From: Octopus sinensis
Lineage: Eukaryota
NCBI RefSeq assembly: GCF_006345805.1
Contig: NC_043015.1
Coordinates: 50,158,001 to 50,222,000, forward strand
Direction of reading: 5' to 3'
DNA: 64,000 bases
The notes beneath the pieces are model-generated. The model saw nothing but the letters and a program-made list of their open reading frames with translations, did no database searches and was not told where the DNA came from. Below, in pieces: positions 37,295-49,164 of the stretch (position 1 is its first letter; the number at the start of each line of letters is the position of its first letter). Made by a program: the position numbers and the translations under genes.

Positions 37295-37369
37295 AATCTA
37301 GCTGAAGAAGGCTAACCAAATTTACGATAACAAACGTATTTGAAGAGTCTGAAACCTAGGTACTGGATT
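37295..37369 (+). ncRNA. Type-I hammerhead ribozyme, fully intact, with palindromic helix III
   Basis: AATCTAG-CTGAAGA-AGGCT...AGTCT-GAAA-CCTAGG-TA-CTGGATT. Helix I has 7 bp (one GU), helix II has 5 bp (one GU) with a structured loop, helix III is the palindrome ACCTAGGT, and predicted cleavage is after GUA at 37362. Confidence 0.8.
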
Positions 37370-37608
37370 ATCCGATTCTAGGTTGTCCATTTATCTAATG
37401 TTCTTCCTAGAGGTAAGATGAAATCTTTTGTGTTCACTGCCCTCACACATCTTTACCAGTATATACATAGTGAAGCTTTACTAAAGCGTCGTAAATTTAT
37501 TAACTGCTATTTCTAGTAAACATTGGTGCCTTGTTGTACCACTACTCTATATTTATTCTAAACCCTTGAAAAAGGCCAAGGATGGTCAATGCTCTTCTTC
37601 CTCTAAAG

Positions 37609-37897
37609 TAGTGGTTCACAAACATTTTCAGGCTACTGCCCCCTTGGTTCTAAGGCCACATTCCTTGTAACCCTCCCACCATTCACCATCACAGACATAG
37701 ACCATTTTCTGCAGCAAGTTCTAAACAACAGTATTTCACAAATAAAATTTAATCTAATTAACCTGTTAATTTTTTTTTTTTTTTACATCCATTGCCCTGT
37801 TTTGGTCACCCCATTATCGCCCCATTTTTCATCTATGCCTCCCTGCATTTTTCCACTACCCCTAGAGTGGTGGCACTACCCACTTTGAGAACTACTG
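37609..37897. mobile_element. hAT MITE with perfect 8-bp TSD
   Basis: Ends TAGTGGTTCACAAA / TTTGAGAACTACTG; CTCTAAAG lies on both sides (37601-37608 and 37898-37905). Confidence 0.88.
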
Positions 37898-37914
37898 CTC
37901 TAAAGAATACACAC

Positions 37915-38014
37915 NNNNNNNNNNNNNNNNNNNNNNNNNNNNNNNNNNNNNNNNNNNNNNNNNNNNNNNNNNNNNNNNNNNNNNNNNNNNNNNNNNNNNN
38001 NNNNNNNNNNNNNN
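37915..38014. other. Assembly gap (100 N)
   Basis: Run of N. Confidence 1.
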
Positions 38015-38689
38015 ATTGGCCCTCTTCTGTTGACCAGTCTGAGATGGAGGAGTAACAGTTTTTCATTCATTTTGACAATTTTATGGCAATATGTTTCCAA
38101 GAGTGGCTGTGTGGTAAGTAGCTTGCTAACCAATCACATGGTTCCGGGTTCAGTCCTACTGTGTGGCATCTTGGGCAACTGTCTTCTACTATAGTCTCGA
38201 TCCGACCAAAGCCTTCTGAGTGGATTTGGTAGACGGAAACTGAAAGAAGCCTGTCGTATATATGTATATATGTATATGTGTATGTGAGTATATGTTTGTG
38301 TGTCTGTGTTTGTCCCTCTAGCATTGCTTTACAACCGATGCTGGTGTGTTTACGTCCCCGTCACTTAGCGGTTCGGCAAAAGAGACCGATAGAATAAGTA
38401 CTGGGCTTACAAAGAATAAGTCCCAGGGTTGATTTACTAGACTAAAGGTGGTGCTCTAGCATGGTCACAGTCAAATAAATGACTAAAACAAGTAAAAGAG
38501 TAAAAGAGCAATAATGGTTTTTCCAGGTTTTATGAATTTATAGTGGATGAGTCCAGCAGTACAGCACCAAACAGTCACCATAACCTTCATTTTGAAGAGC
38601 CTGGGTTTAGGGGAGGTTTCCGGTACTTCATTTTGGTTCAACCACTGCAAAGAACATTTTTTATTATTGTACAGAATCCACTTTTCATT

Positions 38690-39589
38690 GCATGCATGCA
38701 TGCATGGATGCACATACACACACATGTATGCACAACCATGCACACACACATCTATACATATACACACACGTACATACATACATATGCATATATGCACGAC
38801 CACGTACACACACATATCTATATACATACACATGCACATACACATGCATACATGCATACATACATATATACATGCATGCATGCATACATACATACATACA
38901 TACATACATACATACATACAGTCATACATACATACATACATACATACATACATACAGTCATACATACATACATACATATATAAGTACATACATACATACA
39001 TACATACATACAGTCATACATACATACATACATACATACATACATACATACAGTCATACATACATACATACATACATACATACATACATACATGCATGCA
39101 TACATACATACATACATACATGCATACATACATACATACATACATACATACATGCATGCATGCATACATACATACATACATGCATGCATGCATGCATGCA
39201 TGCATGCATACATACATACATACATACATACATGCATGCATGCATGCATGCATACATACATACATCATGCATGCATACATACATGCATACATACACATAC
39301 ATACATACATACATACATGCATGCATGCATGCATACATACATACATACATACATACATGCATGCATGCATGCATACATACATACATGCATGCATACATAC
39401 ATACATACATACATACATGCATGCATGCATACATACATACATACATGCATGCATGCATACATACATACATGCATGCATGCATGCATGCATACATACATAC
39501 ATACATGCATGCATGCATGCATACATACATACATACATGCATGCATGCATGCATGCATGCATGCATACATACATACATACATACATACA

Positions 39590-39623
<34 letters not shown>

Positions 39624-39657
39624 CATATATACATACATACGTACATACATACATACA
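38690..39657. repeat. About 1-kb (CATA)/(CATG) compound microsatellite
   Basis: Directly visible; it is the source of the 373-aa and related artefact ORFs. Confidence 0.97.
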
Positions 39658-40654
39658 TTCTTAGATAAAAATTGAAAGTGGAAACAGTACCGAAGTATGT
39701 TTACAGTGTTTCTTATTCCTTTATTTTCAATAGGACAGGACAGTATTTTCATTGTGGCATTAAATGACTGTTATATAATATCACCAGTTTCAATGTAAAT
39801 GTCCATTTTATCAAATATTAAAAAAATCAAATTCAATGATCAGGAAATAAGACAAAAATAAAAAAAAATTAGAAAACAGACATAAAAATTTGAACTTGAA
39901 AGCTGTAAACAGTTTCTCCTCATATTCTGTGCATGGTTAAGAATTTGCTTGATATTTCCTCTTAAGGTCTCTTCTTACATGAGTTGTCTATGTTGGGGGG
40001 CTGGAGTTGAGTACAAAAGGTCAAGTGCCAAATATTTTATTGAAATGAATAGCAGATTTCCTTAACTTTGAATTTTTTTGTATTTGATAAAATGGACATC
40101 CACATCGAAACCAGTAGCATTTTATAAAATTCACTTAATGTAAGAAATATAAAAATACTTATACTATCTGATTGAAAAGGGGAAAAAAAGGAAAAAAAAA
40201 TCTTTAACTATTCTTCATTGCTGTTTCTACTTTTACTTTTTTACCTATAACCTTTGATTTGTATGGATTCTTAACCCCTTTTTGTCTATATATATATATA
40301 TACATACATATATATATATATATATATTCACCGTGACTGATCAGGCTATCAGATGTTGCACACTTCGCATTGTTTTAGCCTTCAAATGACACCCCCCAGC
40401 TGGCTAAGTGAGCAGGCCAACAGAAGAAAGAGTGAGAGAAAGTTGTGGCAATAGAGTACAGCAGGGATCACCACCAGCCCCTGCTGGGACCTCATGGAGC
40501 TTTAGGTGTTTTCGCTCAATAAACACTCACAACGCCTGGTCTGGGAATTGAAACTGCGATCCTATGACCGCGAGTCCACTGTCCCTTAACCACTGGGCCA
40601 TTGCGCTTTCATATATATATAATATATATATATATATTATATATATATATATAT

Positions 40655-40691
<37 letters not shown>

Positions 40692-41859
40692 TTATAGATA
40701 CATATATATATATATACATATATATATACCTATACATATATATATACTATATATATACATATATATATAATATATATACATATATATACATATATTATAT
40801 ACATATATATATATCATATATATAATATAATTATATATGTTACATTTCGGAATGGTCATTTTGCCAGTTTAGCCATAAAAACACACGCACTATATATTTG
40901 GTGTTTATTTGCTTCATGTTATTATTTTTTTACATTAATCTTAATCTTATTTCGGCCAGAATTCTTTCGTCACACTCCTGTGACCGCATCATGGTCCTTT
41001 GTTTTCTTCTTCTTATTTATGTCTCTCCTTACTAACCGTCAGCCATTTTGTATTTCTATTGTATGTCTTCATTTGCGCATGCTTATATCTCTATGTGTGT
41101 TTATGTTTATTTAGTGTGTGTATGTGGGGGGATGCCTGTAATATTTGCATCTTCTGTTTATATACGTTCATGTAATTTGTATTTTGATTAATGTAAAAAA
41201 TAAATAACAATGAAGCAAAATAACACGAAATATATAGTGCATATGTTTTTATTGGCTAAACTGGCAAAATGACCATTCCAAAATATAACAATATCTGTTT
41301 CAACACACGACTTCACATAAAAAATCTTGCACAACAAATATTTAAACGTATATATATATATATATATATATATATAAGTACAAAGTGAGATAGGGGTTAT
41401 GAGTGTAACCCACTATGGGATATTATTTATCCACTATACTGCCAGTGAAGTACCTAAAAGGCTAATACATAAATGCTTACAATTGCAATGCAATTAGTTC
41501 ATTTATTGTATTATATGGCCGAAGGTAAAATGTTTTACCTTAAATTCATAATACAAAATAAGAAAATGGAGGAATAGATTCCTTTCAATCATCAACTTCC
41601 AGATAATACCAATTCATATAATTTATCAACTAATTAATTAAATAGGAACATCCAAATCCACCGGAATAAAACAGAATAAAACAATATATATCAATAAGTA
41701 AGATATATCTTACTTATTGATATATATTGTTTTATTCTGTTTTATTCCGGTGGATTTGGATGTTCCTATTTATTTAATTAATTAGTTAATAAATTATATG
41801 AATTGGTATTATCTGGAAGTTGATGATTGAAAGTAATCTATTCCTCCATTTTCTTATTT

Positions 41860-41891
<32 letters not shown>

Positions 41892-41894
<3 letters not shown>

Positions 41895-43023
41895 AGTAGC
41901 AGGGGAGGGTGCACTGAAAGTGTAGCTACTAGGATAAGACTAGCCTGGGCTAAGTTCAGAGAGCTCTTACCTCTGCTGGTGACAAAGGGCCTCTCACTCA
42001 GAGTAAAAGGTAGACTGTACGACGCATGTGTACGAACAGTGATGCTACATGGCAGTGAAACATGGACCGTGACTGCTGAGGACATGCGTAAGCTTGCAAG
42101 GAATGAAGTCAGCATGCTCTGATGGATGTGTAATGTCAGTGTGTATACTCGACAGAGTGTTAGTGCCTTGAGAGAAAGGTTGGACCTAAGAAGCATCAGA
42201 TGTGGTGTGCAAGAGAGACGACTGCGCTGGTATGGTCATGTAGCGAGAATGGATGTGGATAGCTGTGTGGAAAAGTGCCACACCCTAGCAGTTGAGGGAA
42301 TCTGTGGAAGAGGTAGACACAGAAAACCTGGGATGAGGTGGTGAAGCATGACCTTCGAAAATTGGGCCTCACCAAGGCAATGACTAGTGACCAGGACCTC
42401 TGGAAATATATTGTGCTTGAGAAGACATGGCAAGCGCAAGTGTGACCATAACCTCGTGGCTTATGCCAGGGGTGTAACCAGTCCACTTATGCATGCCTTT
42501 CCTTCATTGGACACTAAACTCTGCTTGCGAAGACCTGTTGAAGCACGTGAAATCGAAATCAAACTTGTGATTGGCATCTGTTGATAGTGGAGCGCTAAGA
42601 GTACCATACGAGTCAGATTGTTGTCAGAGCAACAAGCTGGCCTTCATGCCAATGGCACATTAAACATACCATTTGAGCATGATCATTACCTGCGTCACCT
42701 TACTATCACTTGTGCTGGTGGCATGTGAAAACACATTTGAGCGAGGTCATTGCCAGTGCTGCTGGACTGGCTCCTGTGCAGGTGGCACATAAAAAGCACC
42801 ATTTGAGCGTGACCGTTGCCAGTATCACCAAACTGGCCCTCATGCCGGTAGCACGTAAAAGCACCCACTACACTCTCTTGGCATTAGGAAGGGCATCCAG
42901 CTGTAGAAACTTTGCCAGATCAGATTGGAGTCTGGTTCGCCAAACCTTAGTCAAATCATCCAACTCATGCTAGCATGGAAAGCGGATGTTAAACGATGAT
43001 GATGATGATGATGATGATGATGA
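41892..43023 (+). mobile_element. 5'-truncated RTE-clade LINE with RT C-terminus, 3' UTR and (GAT)n tail
   Basis: Translates VSSRGGCTESVATRIRLAWAKFRELLPLLVTKGLSLRVKGRLYDACVRTVMLHGSETW...QERRLRWYGHVARMD...GRGR with one in-frame TGA, followed by the UTR and GATGATGAT. Confidence 0.92.
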
Positions 43024-43123
43024 TATAGGATCATTTCATTATGCTGAATTGTTAATCCATAAACCTTTTTATTTTCTTTCCATTGTTTTCAGTCTTTCTC
43101 CATTTTTTTCCTCTCATCTCTTT

Positions 43124-43159
<36 letters not shown>

Positions 43160-43694
43160 ATGTGTGTTTGTGTGTCTTTGTCCCCTCCCCATCGCTTGAC
43201 AACCGATGTTGGTGTGTTCACGTCCCCGTAACTTAGCGGTTCGGCAAAACAGACAGATAGACTGCATACTAGGCTTACAAAGAATAAGTCCTGTGGTCGA
43301 TTTGTTCGACAAAAGGCAGTGCTCCAGCATAGCCGCCATCAAATGACTGAAACAAATAAAGGAATAGAGCGTCTAGCCAATGAGCTTTAAGTGTCAATTT
43401 GACACAGAAAGCAAAATCAATTGATTCCAGGATATCAACCCACCTGTTTCACAAACAGGAAAAACCATTTTTCTAAATGTATTTCCTACATTCTCAGTGC
43501 ATGTTTACATATAGTCAGAGATAAGTGGTTTGGGGAATTTTATTCTTCTTTCAAGAAAAAGGTTATGTATTGTATCCTGACTTTTAGTAATATATATTTT
43601 GCATATTTGGATATGTTTGCTAAGCCACTTTATCATTATTTTTTTAAAGATAATGGATAACTTATTTGAATTTTGAATGTATATGCACTCACAC

Positions 43695-43732
<38 letters not shown>

Positions 43733-43905
43733 ATTATATATGTATGTATATATCTTATCTAAAAACTATTATTTAACCATCCTCTCGCACCGTCTCTATG
43801 ATGAAGGGATATAATAAATATCCTGGAAACAGCTGTAAGACATTCTATCTATAAATGTTCTAAAGTCTACTCAGCCTTGGTTTTTTTGTCTCATTACGAA
43901 AAAAA

Positions 43906-43973
<68 letters not shown>

Positions 43974-44019
43974 ATATATATGTATATTTATATATATATA
44001 TATATATACATGAAGGTAC

Positions 44020-44680
44020 TACATCATCCTTTAACGTCTACTTTCCATGCTAGCATGGGTTGGACGGTTCGACTGGGGTCTGGGAAGCCAGGAGGCTGCA
44101 CCAGGCCCAGTCTGATCTGGCAGTGTTTCTACAGCTGGATGCCCTTCCTAATGTCAACCACTCCGTGAGTGCAGTGGGTGCTTTTTATGTGCCAGGCGAG
44201 GCTGGCATCATCCACGATTGGTTGGTGCTTTTTATGTGCCACCAGCATGGAGGCCAGTCAGGGAGGTGCTGGCAACAGCCACGTTCGGATGGTTCTTTTA
44301 CGTGCCACCGGCACTGGCATCACAACTACAATTTCCATTGATTTTTGAGCGATTTCGATTTCAGTTCCGATTTTACTTGCCTCAACAGGTCTTTGTAAGC
44401 AGAGTTTTGTGTCCCAAGAAGGAAAGGTATGCATAGAGGCCACGGGTTATGGCCTCACTTGTCCTGCTGGGTCTTCTCACACACAGCATACTTCCAAAGG
44501 TCTCGGTCACTAGTCATTGCCTCGGTGAGAACTAATGTTCGAAGGTTGTGCTTCACCACCTCATCCCAGGTTTTCCTGGGTCCACCTCTTTAGGGTGTGG
44601 CACTTTTTCATACAACTATCTTCATCCATTCTCGCCACATGACCATATCAGCACAATCGTCTCTCTTGCACACTACAGCT
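44020..44680 (-). mobile_element. RTE LINE 3' end (same family as 41892-43023)
   Basis: Reverse complement of the RT C-terminus (WYGHVARMDEDSCMKKCHTL...PRKTWDEVVKHNLRTL) and of the UTR. Confidence 0.8.
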
Positions 44681-44938
44681 GATGCTTCTTATATATATAT
44701 ACACATATATATAAAATACATAATGGGACAAGAATGCAAAGCATCTGGGCAGCTAAGTGATACAAAAAGGGACAACAAAACATCCTGATAGATGATACAA
44801 AGTAAACAAGGATGGGTCATTCGAAGCCCTCTATCCTCAGTCAAGCACCAGATTATCATTGCAATTTCGGCTGATTATTCTTGAGATTGCTCCAATCTGG
44901 CCAGCCCCAAGGAAAAACTAAGCTAAGAGCATCAGATT

Positions 44939-44977
<39 letters not shown>

Positions 44978-45699
44978 GGAAATGAAGAAAATGCTGACAA
45001 ATAATTGAAGTAATTTAAGTAATTTAATTAGGTGAAAGTTCTTTTTACCGGTTGCGCATTTGTTATGCTTATCAAAATATAAAAGAGAGATTAGAGTCTG
45101 TCTCTTATATGTGAAAAAAAGAGGCTCCAGAGTTGTTTTGGATTTGCTTGGTTTCGCGCCTAAAATTTTGATTGGTCTTATGAAGGGGTCACGTGAATGT
45201 TTGAATGGAAGTTGGTGTTGGGGTAAGAAAAAAGGCTCCAGAGAAGTTAAAATTTGGCTAGTGTCCCGCCTAAAATTTCTTTTTGGCCATAATAAAGAGG
45301 TCACGTGAATGTTTAGAATTTTCGAAAATAGTGTTGTTGAAAATTTATTGTTCAGGCTGGTCAGTAGACGTCATGTGGGATATTAAATAGCTTTTTAGCG
45401 CGTAGTTAGGGAGTGTATTTTCCGCTTGACTGGATAAGTAAGTTCGTTTAGAACAGGGAGAGCTGTATGTATGTATGTGTGTGTGCGCGCGAGCGTGTGT
45501 GTGTTTATATGTATGTTGGGGCGCGCGCGCGTGTATATATGTGTATGTGTGTGGGTACAATTTTCAATATTTATAGTTCTGCTGGCTTGTGCCTGTATCG
45601 GGAAGCAACGTATTTGAGTGAAGTCAATATTTACAGCCATTTCCAAAAAATAGTGTTGGATGTTTTGCACCCGTATTCAATTATGTGTATGTGTGGAAC

Positions 45700-45865
45700 C
45701 ATATATTTGTGTGTGTCATGGTGTTAATATCTGGGTAAAGGTGGTGTAGGTGTGTGCAGGTGTAAGTGGTTTGTTGTGGGTTCGTGTTAGGGGCATGTGT
45801 TTAGAAGTGGTCTGTATTTATTAATAAGGTGGGATTCCATGGTTATTCGCTGGGTATGAGTGGCA
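45700..45865 (-). mobile_element. Possible Penelope-like element GIY-YIG C-terminal relic
   Basis: Minus frame DNATHTQRITMESHLINKYRPLLNTCP* resembles the R...E...I....P.LN terminus of PLE GIY-YIG endonucleases. The match is short. Confidence 0.4.
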
Positions 45866-45895
45866 TTGTCTTTAAATTTTTATATATAATATAAT

Positions 45896-45929
<34 letters not shown>

Positions 45930-46101
45930 CACACTCACACACATACACTAACATACACACACACACAATCACACACACACACATCCACAAATATATATAC
46001 ACATATATCTATATATAATTTTACACACATGCACATATATGTGTGTATATATGTATATATATATATATATATATACATACCTATATATATATATATGTAT
46101 A

Positions 46102-46142
<41 letters not shown>

Positions 46143-46601
46143 GTGTATAACTATGTATAGATATATGTGTATATATATTTGTGGGTGTGGGTGTGTGTCT
46201 GTGGGTGTGTGTGTGTGTGTATTATTCCCTAACCAAAATAGTATTCATAGTCTGAATAATATTGATAGTCAGCTAAGCCATCATCAGACAGTCTTATCAA
46301 GGCTTAGCTGTCTGAAACTTCAAAGTCACTATCAATACAGTTCTACCAAAAGTATTTTACCAAAAGCATTGAGCAATCCTTCAATTGAATGTAAAATTGT
46401 TTTTATCATAATGTAAAAACAAACATTAATGTAGTAAGTAGCTTGCTTTCCAATCACATGGTTCTGGGTTCAGTCCCACTGAGTGGCACCTTTGGCAAGT
46501 GTCTTCACCTATAGTATAGTATATATATGGGTTCTCATTCCTAAGGTATTTTTCAATGTTATTATTATTACTATCATTATTATTATTATTATTATTATTA
46601 T

Positions 46602-46633
<32 letters not shown>

Positions 46634-46844
46634 CTTATTATTATCATCATCATTATTATTATTATTTGTTATGTCGCACGTTTGGATGACCTCTACTCAA
46701 CTCGACTCTACTCTGACTATGTCTAGACTTTTCCCTCTATATCTACATATTGGGCTAGCCTACTTAATCGTCTGGGGGGCCTCCACACAACATTATTATT
46801 ACTATTATCATTATTATTATTATTATTTTTATTATTATTATTAT

Positions 46845-47100
46845 TATTCAGGTCACTGCCTGGAATCGAACTCGGAAATTTAGGGTTAGTAGCCCGCGCT
46901 GTTAACCACTACACCTTATGCCCGAAAATACCTTAGCAATGAGAACCCTGGTTTGAAATTTCCCCAAGACACCTGATGAAGGATGGAGGGTATATCAGCC
47001 GAAATGTTGTGTTAACAACAAACAAGATGAGGACAAATATCTGTCAAATGTAAATAATGTAAATAATGTACATAATTCCTCATCTCTTAAATATAGAACT
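46845..47100. mobile_element. tRNA-headed element with hammerhead-like tail (head inverted relative to tail)
   Basis: Minus-strand tRNA-like head at 46845-46923 joined to a plus-strand tail containing GACAC-CTGATGA-a-GGATG..CAGCC-GAAA-TGTT-GTGTT (46968-47013). Confidence 0.6.
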
Positions 47101-47307
47101 GTCATAAGAGTCAGCTTCCTGGTTTCCATGGCATATATATTCTCCACGTGAACGGGATACTGTTGTGCTGCAGGATCATTCATTTTTGCTAGTTGAATGG
47201 ACTGGAGCAATGTGAAATAAAGTGCTTTGCTCAAGAACACATGTCACCCAGTCCAGGAATCGAAACCACAATCTCACAGTCATGAGTCCAACACACTAAC
47301 CACTAAG

Positions 47308-47407
47308 CCATATCTCTTCTTCTTCTTCTTCTTCTTCTCTTCTTCTTCTTCTTCTTCTTCTTCTTCTCCTTCTTCTTCTTCTTCTTCTTCTTCTTCTTCT
47401 TCTTCTT

Positions 47408-47437
<30 letters not shown>
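47308..47437. repeat. (TTC)n microsatellite
   Basis: Directly visible. Confidence 0.97.
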
Positions 47438-47438
<1 letters not shown>

Positions 47439-47963
47439 ATCCTTTTTGCCCCTTGTGGAGCATAGGGCCTCAACAGTTGTTTTCCACTTTTTGCAGTCAT
47501 TGGTGTGTTTCTTGGCTGCTTCCCATGTCAGGCCGGTGGTCCTGAGCTCGTCCAAAATGCTCCGCTTCCATGTCTGCTTAGGTGTCCTCGCTTCCTATTC
47601 CCCTGTGGGTTCCAGTCAAGTGCTTGTCATGTCACATTTGAGGGTTCTTTTCGCAGTGTGTGTCCGATCCATCTCCATTTCCTTTGTCTAATCTGAACAT
47701 GTATGGGCTACTGGTTGGCCCTTTCCCACAGGTCGGTGTTTGGCACTCTGTCGAACCACTTCAGATGGATGATCTGCCAGAGACATTTGTTGATGAAGGT
47801 CTGGATCTTCTTGTAGTTGTTACAGGTGGCTCCCCATGTTTGAGAGCCATACAAAAGCACAAATTTTACATTTGAACTAAATAAAGCAGAGTTTAAGCCA
47901 TGTACCTTGGCAGAATTTGAACTCAGATTTCAAACATCTGGGCTTAATAGTGGTTTCAAATTT

Positions 47964-48740
47964 TATTTCTTTAATGCCCACAAGGAGCTACACACAGAGG
48001 GGACAAACAAGGACAGACAAACGGATTAAGTTGATTATATCGACTCCAGTGCATAACTGGTACTTATTTAATCGACCCCAAAAGGATGAAAGGCAAAGTT
48101 GACGGTAGAATTTGAACTCAGAACGTAGCGGCAGATGAAATACCTATTTCTTTACTACCCACAAGGGGCTGCACACAGAAGGGACAAACAAGGACAGACA
48201 AACGGATTAAGTTGATTATATCGACTCCAGTGCATAACTGGTACTTATTTAATCGACCCCAAAAGGATGAAAGGCAAAGTTGACGGTAGAATTTGAACTC
48301 AGAACGTAGCGGCAGATGAAATACCTATTTCTTTACTACCCACAAGGGGCTGCACACAGAAGGGACAAACAAGGACAGACAAACGGATTAAGTTGATTAT
48401 ATCGACTCCAGTGCATAACTGGTACTTATTTAATCGACCCCAAAAGGATGAAAGGCAAAGTTGACGGTAGAATTTGAACTCAGAACGTAGCGGCAGATGA
48501 AATACCTATTTCTTTACTACCCACAAGGGGCTGCACACAGAAGGGACAAACAAGGACAGACAAACGGATTAAGTCGATTATATCGACCCCAGTGCGTTAC
48601 TGGTACTTATTTAATCGACCCCAAAAGGATGAAAGGCTAAGTTGACCTCGGCGGAATTTGAACTCACAACATAACAGCAGATGAAATACCACTAAGCATT
48701 TCACCCGGCATACTAACGTTTCTGCCAGCTTGCCGCCTTA
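47964..48740 (-). repeat. Four tandem copies of a 181-bp SINE-derived unit
   Basis: GGACAAACAAGGACAGAC recurs at 48001, 48182, 48363 and 48544 (period 181). The last copy continues into a complete family-B SINE head. Confidence 0.95.
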
Positions 48741-49129
48741 AATGGTTTCAAATTTTGGCAAAAGGCTGGTGATTCCATGGGAAAGAATAAGTCAATTGCA
48801 TCATCCGCTAATGTCCAACTGGTACTTATTTTATGAATCCTGAAAGGACGAAGTGCCTTGGTGGGATTTGAACTGAGAATGAAAAGACGGATGAAATACT
48901 GTCAAGCGTTTTGCCCAGGATGCTAACAGTTTTACGAGTTCATTGCCCTAGAATCGGTAATCAATGTTGCTAGGCTTTCAATCCAGTGCTGTAGCAACTC
49001 CATAGCAATTCTCCTGGTAAACATTGCTGCCAGCTGTGAGTGTAGTTAAAGGCAAGCTGAGTGTAACTCAACGCCAAAAAGGTTATGACTCACTGCACTT
49101 TTAGCTGATCGGTCAATTGTAAATTATCA

Positions 49130-49164
<35 letters not shown>

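Noticed and set aside
38483-39752. Longest ORFs in the window (up to 373 aa)
   Set aside because: CATA/CATG microsatellite.
47964-48690. CRISPR array or retrozyme array
   Set aside because: The context is eukaryotic, there are no unique spacers, the units are SINE-derived and there is no hammerhead core.
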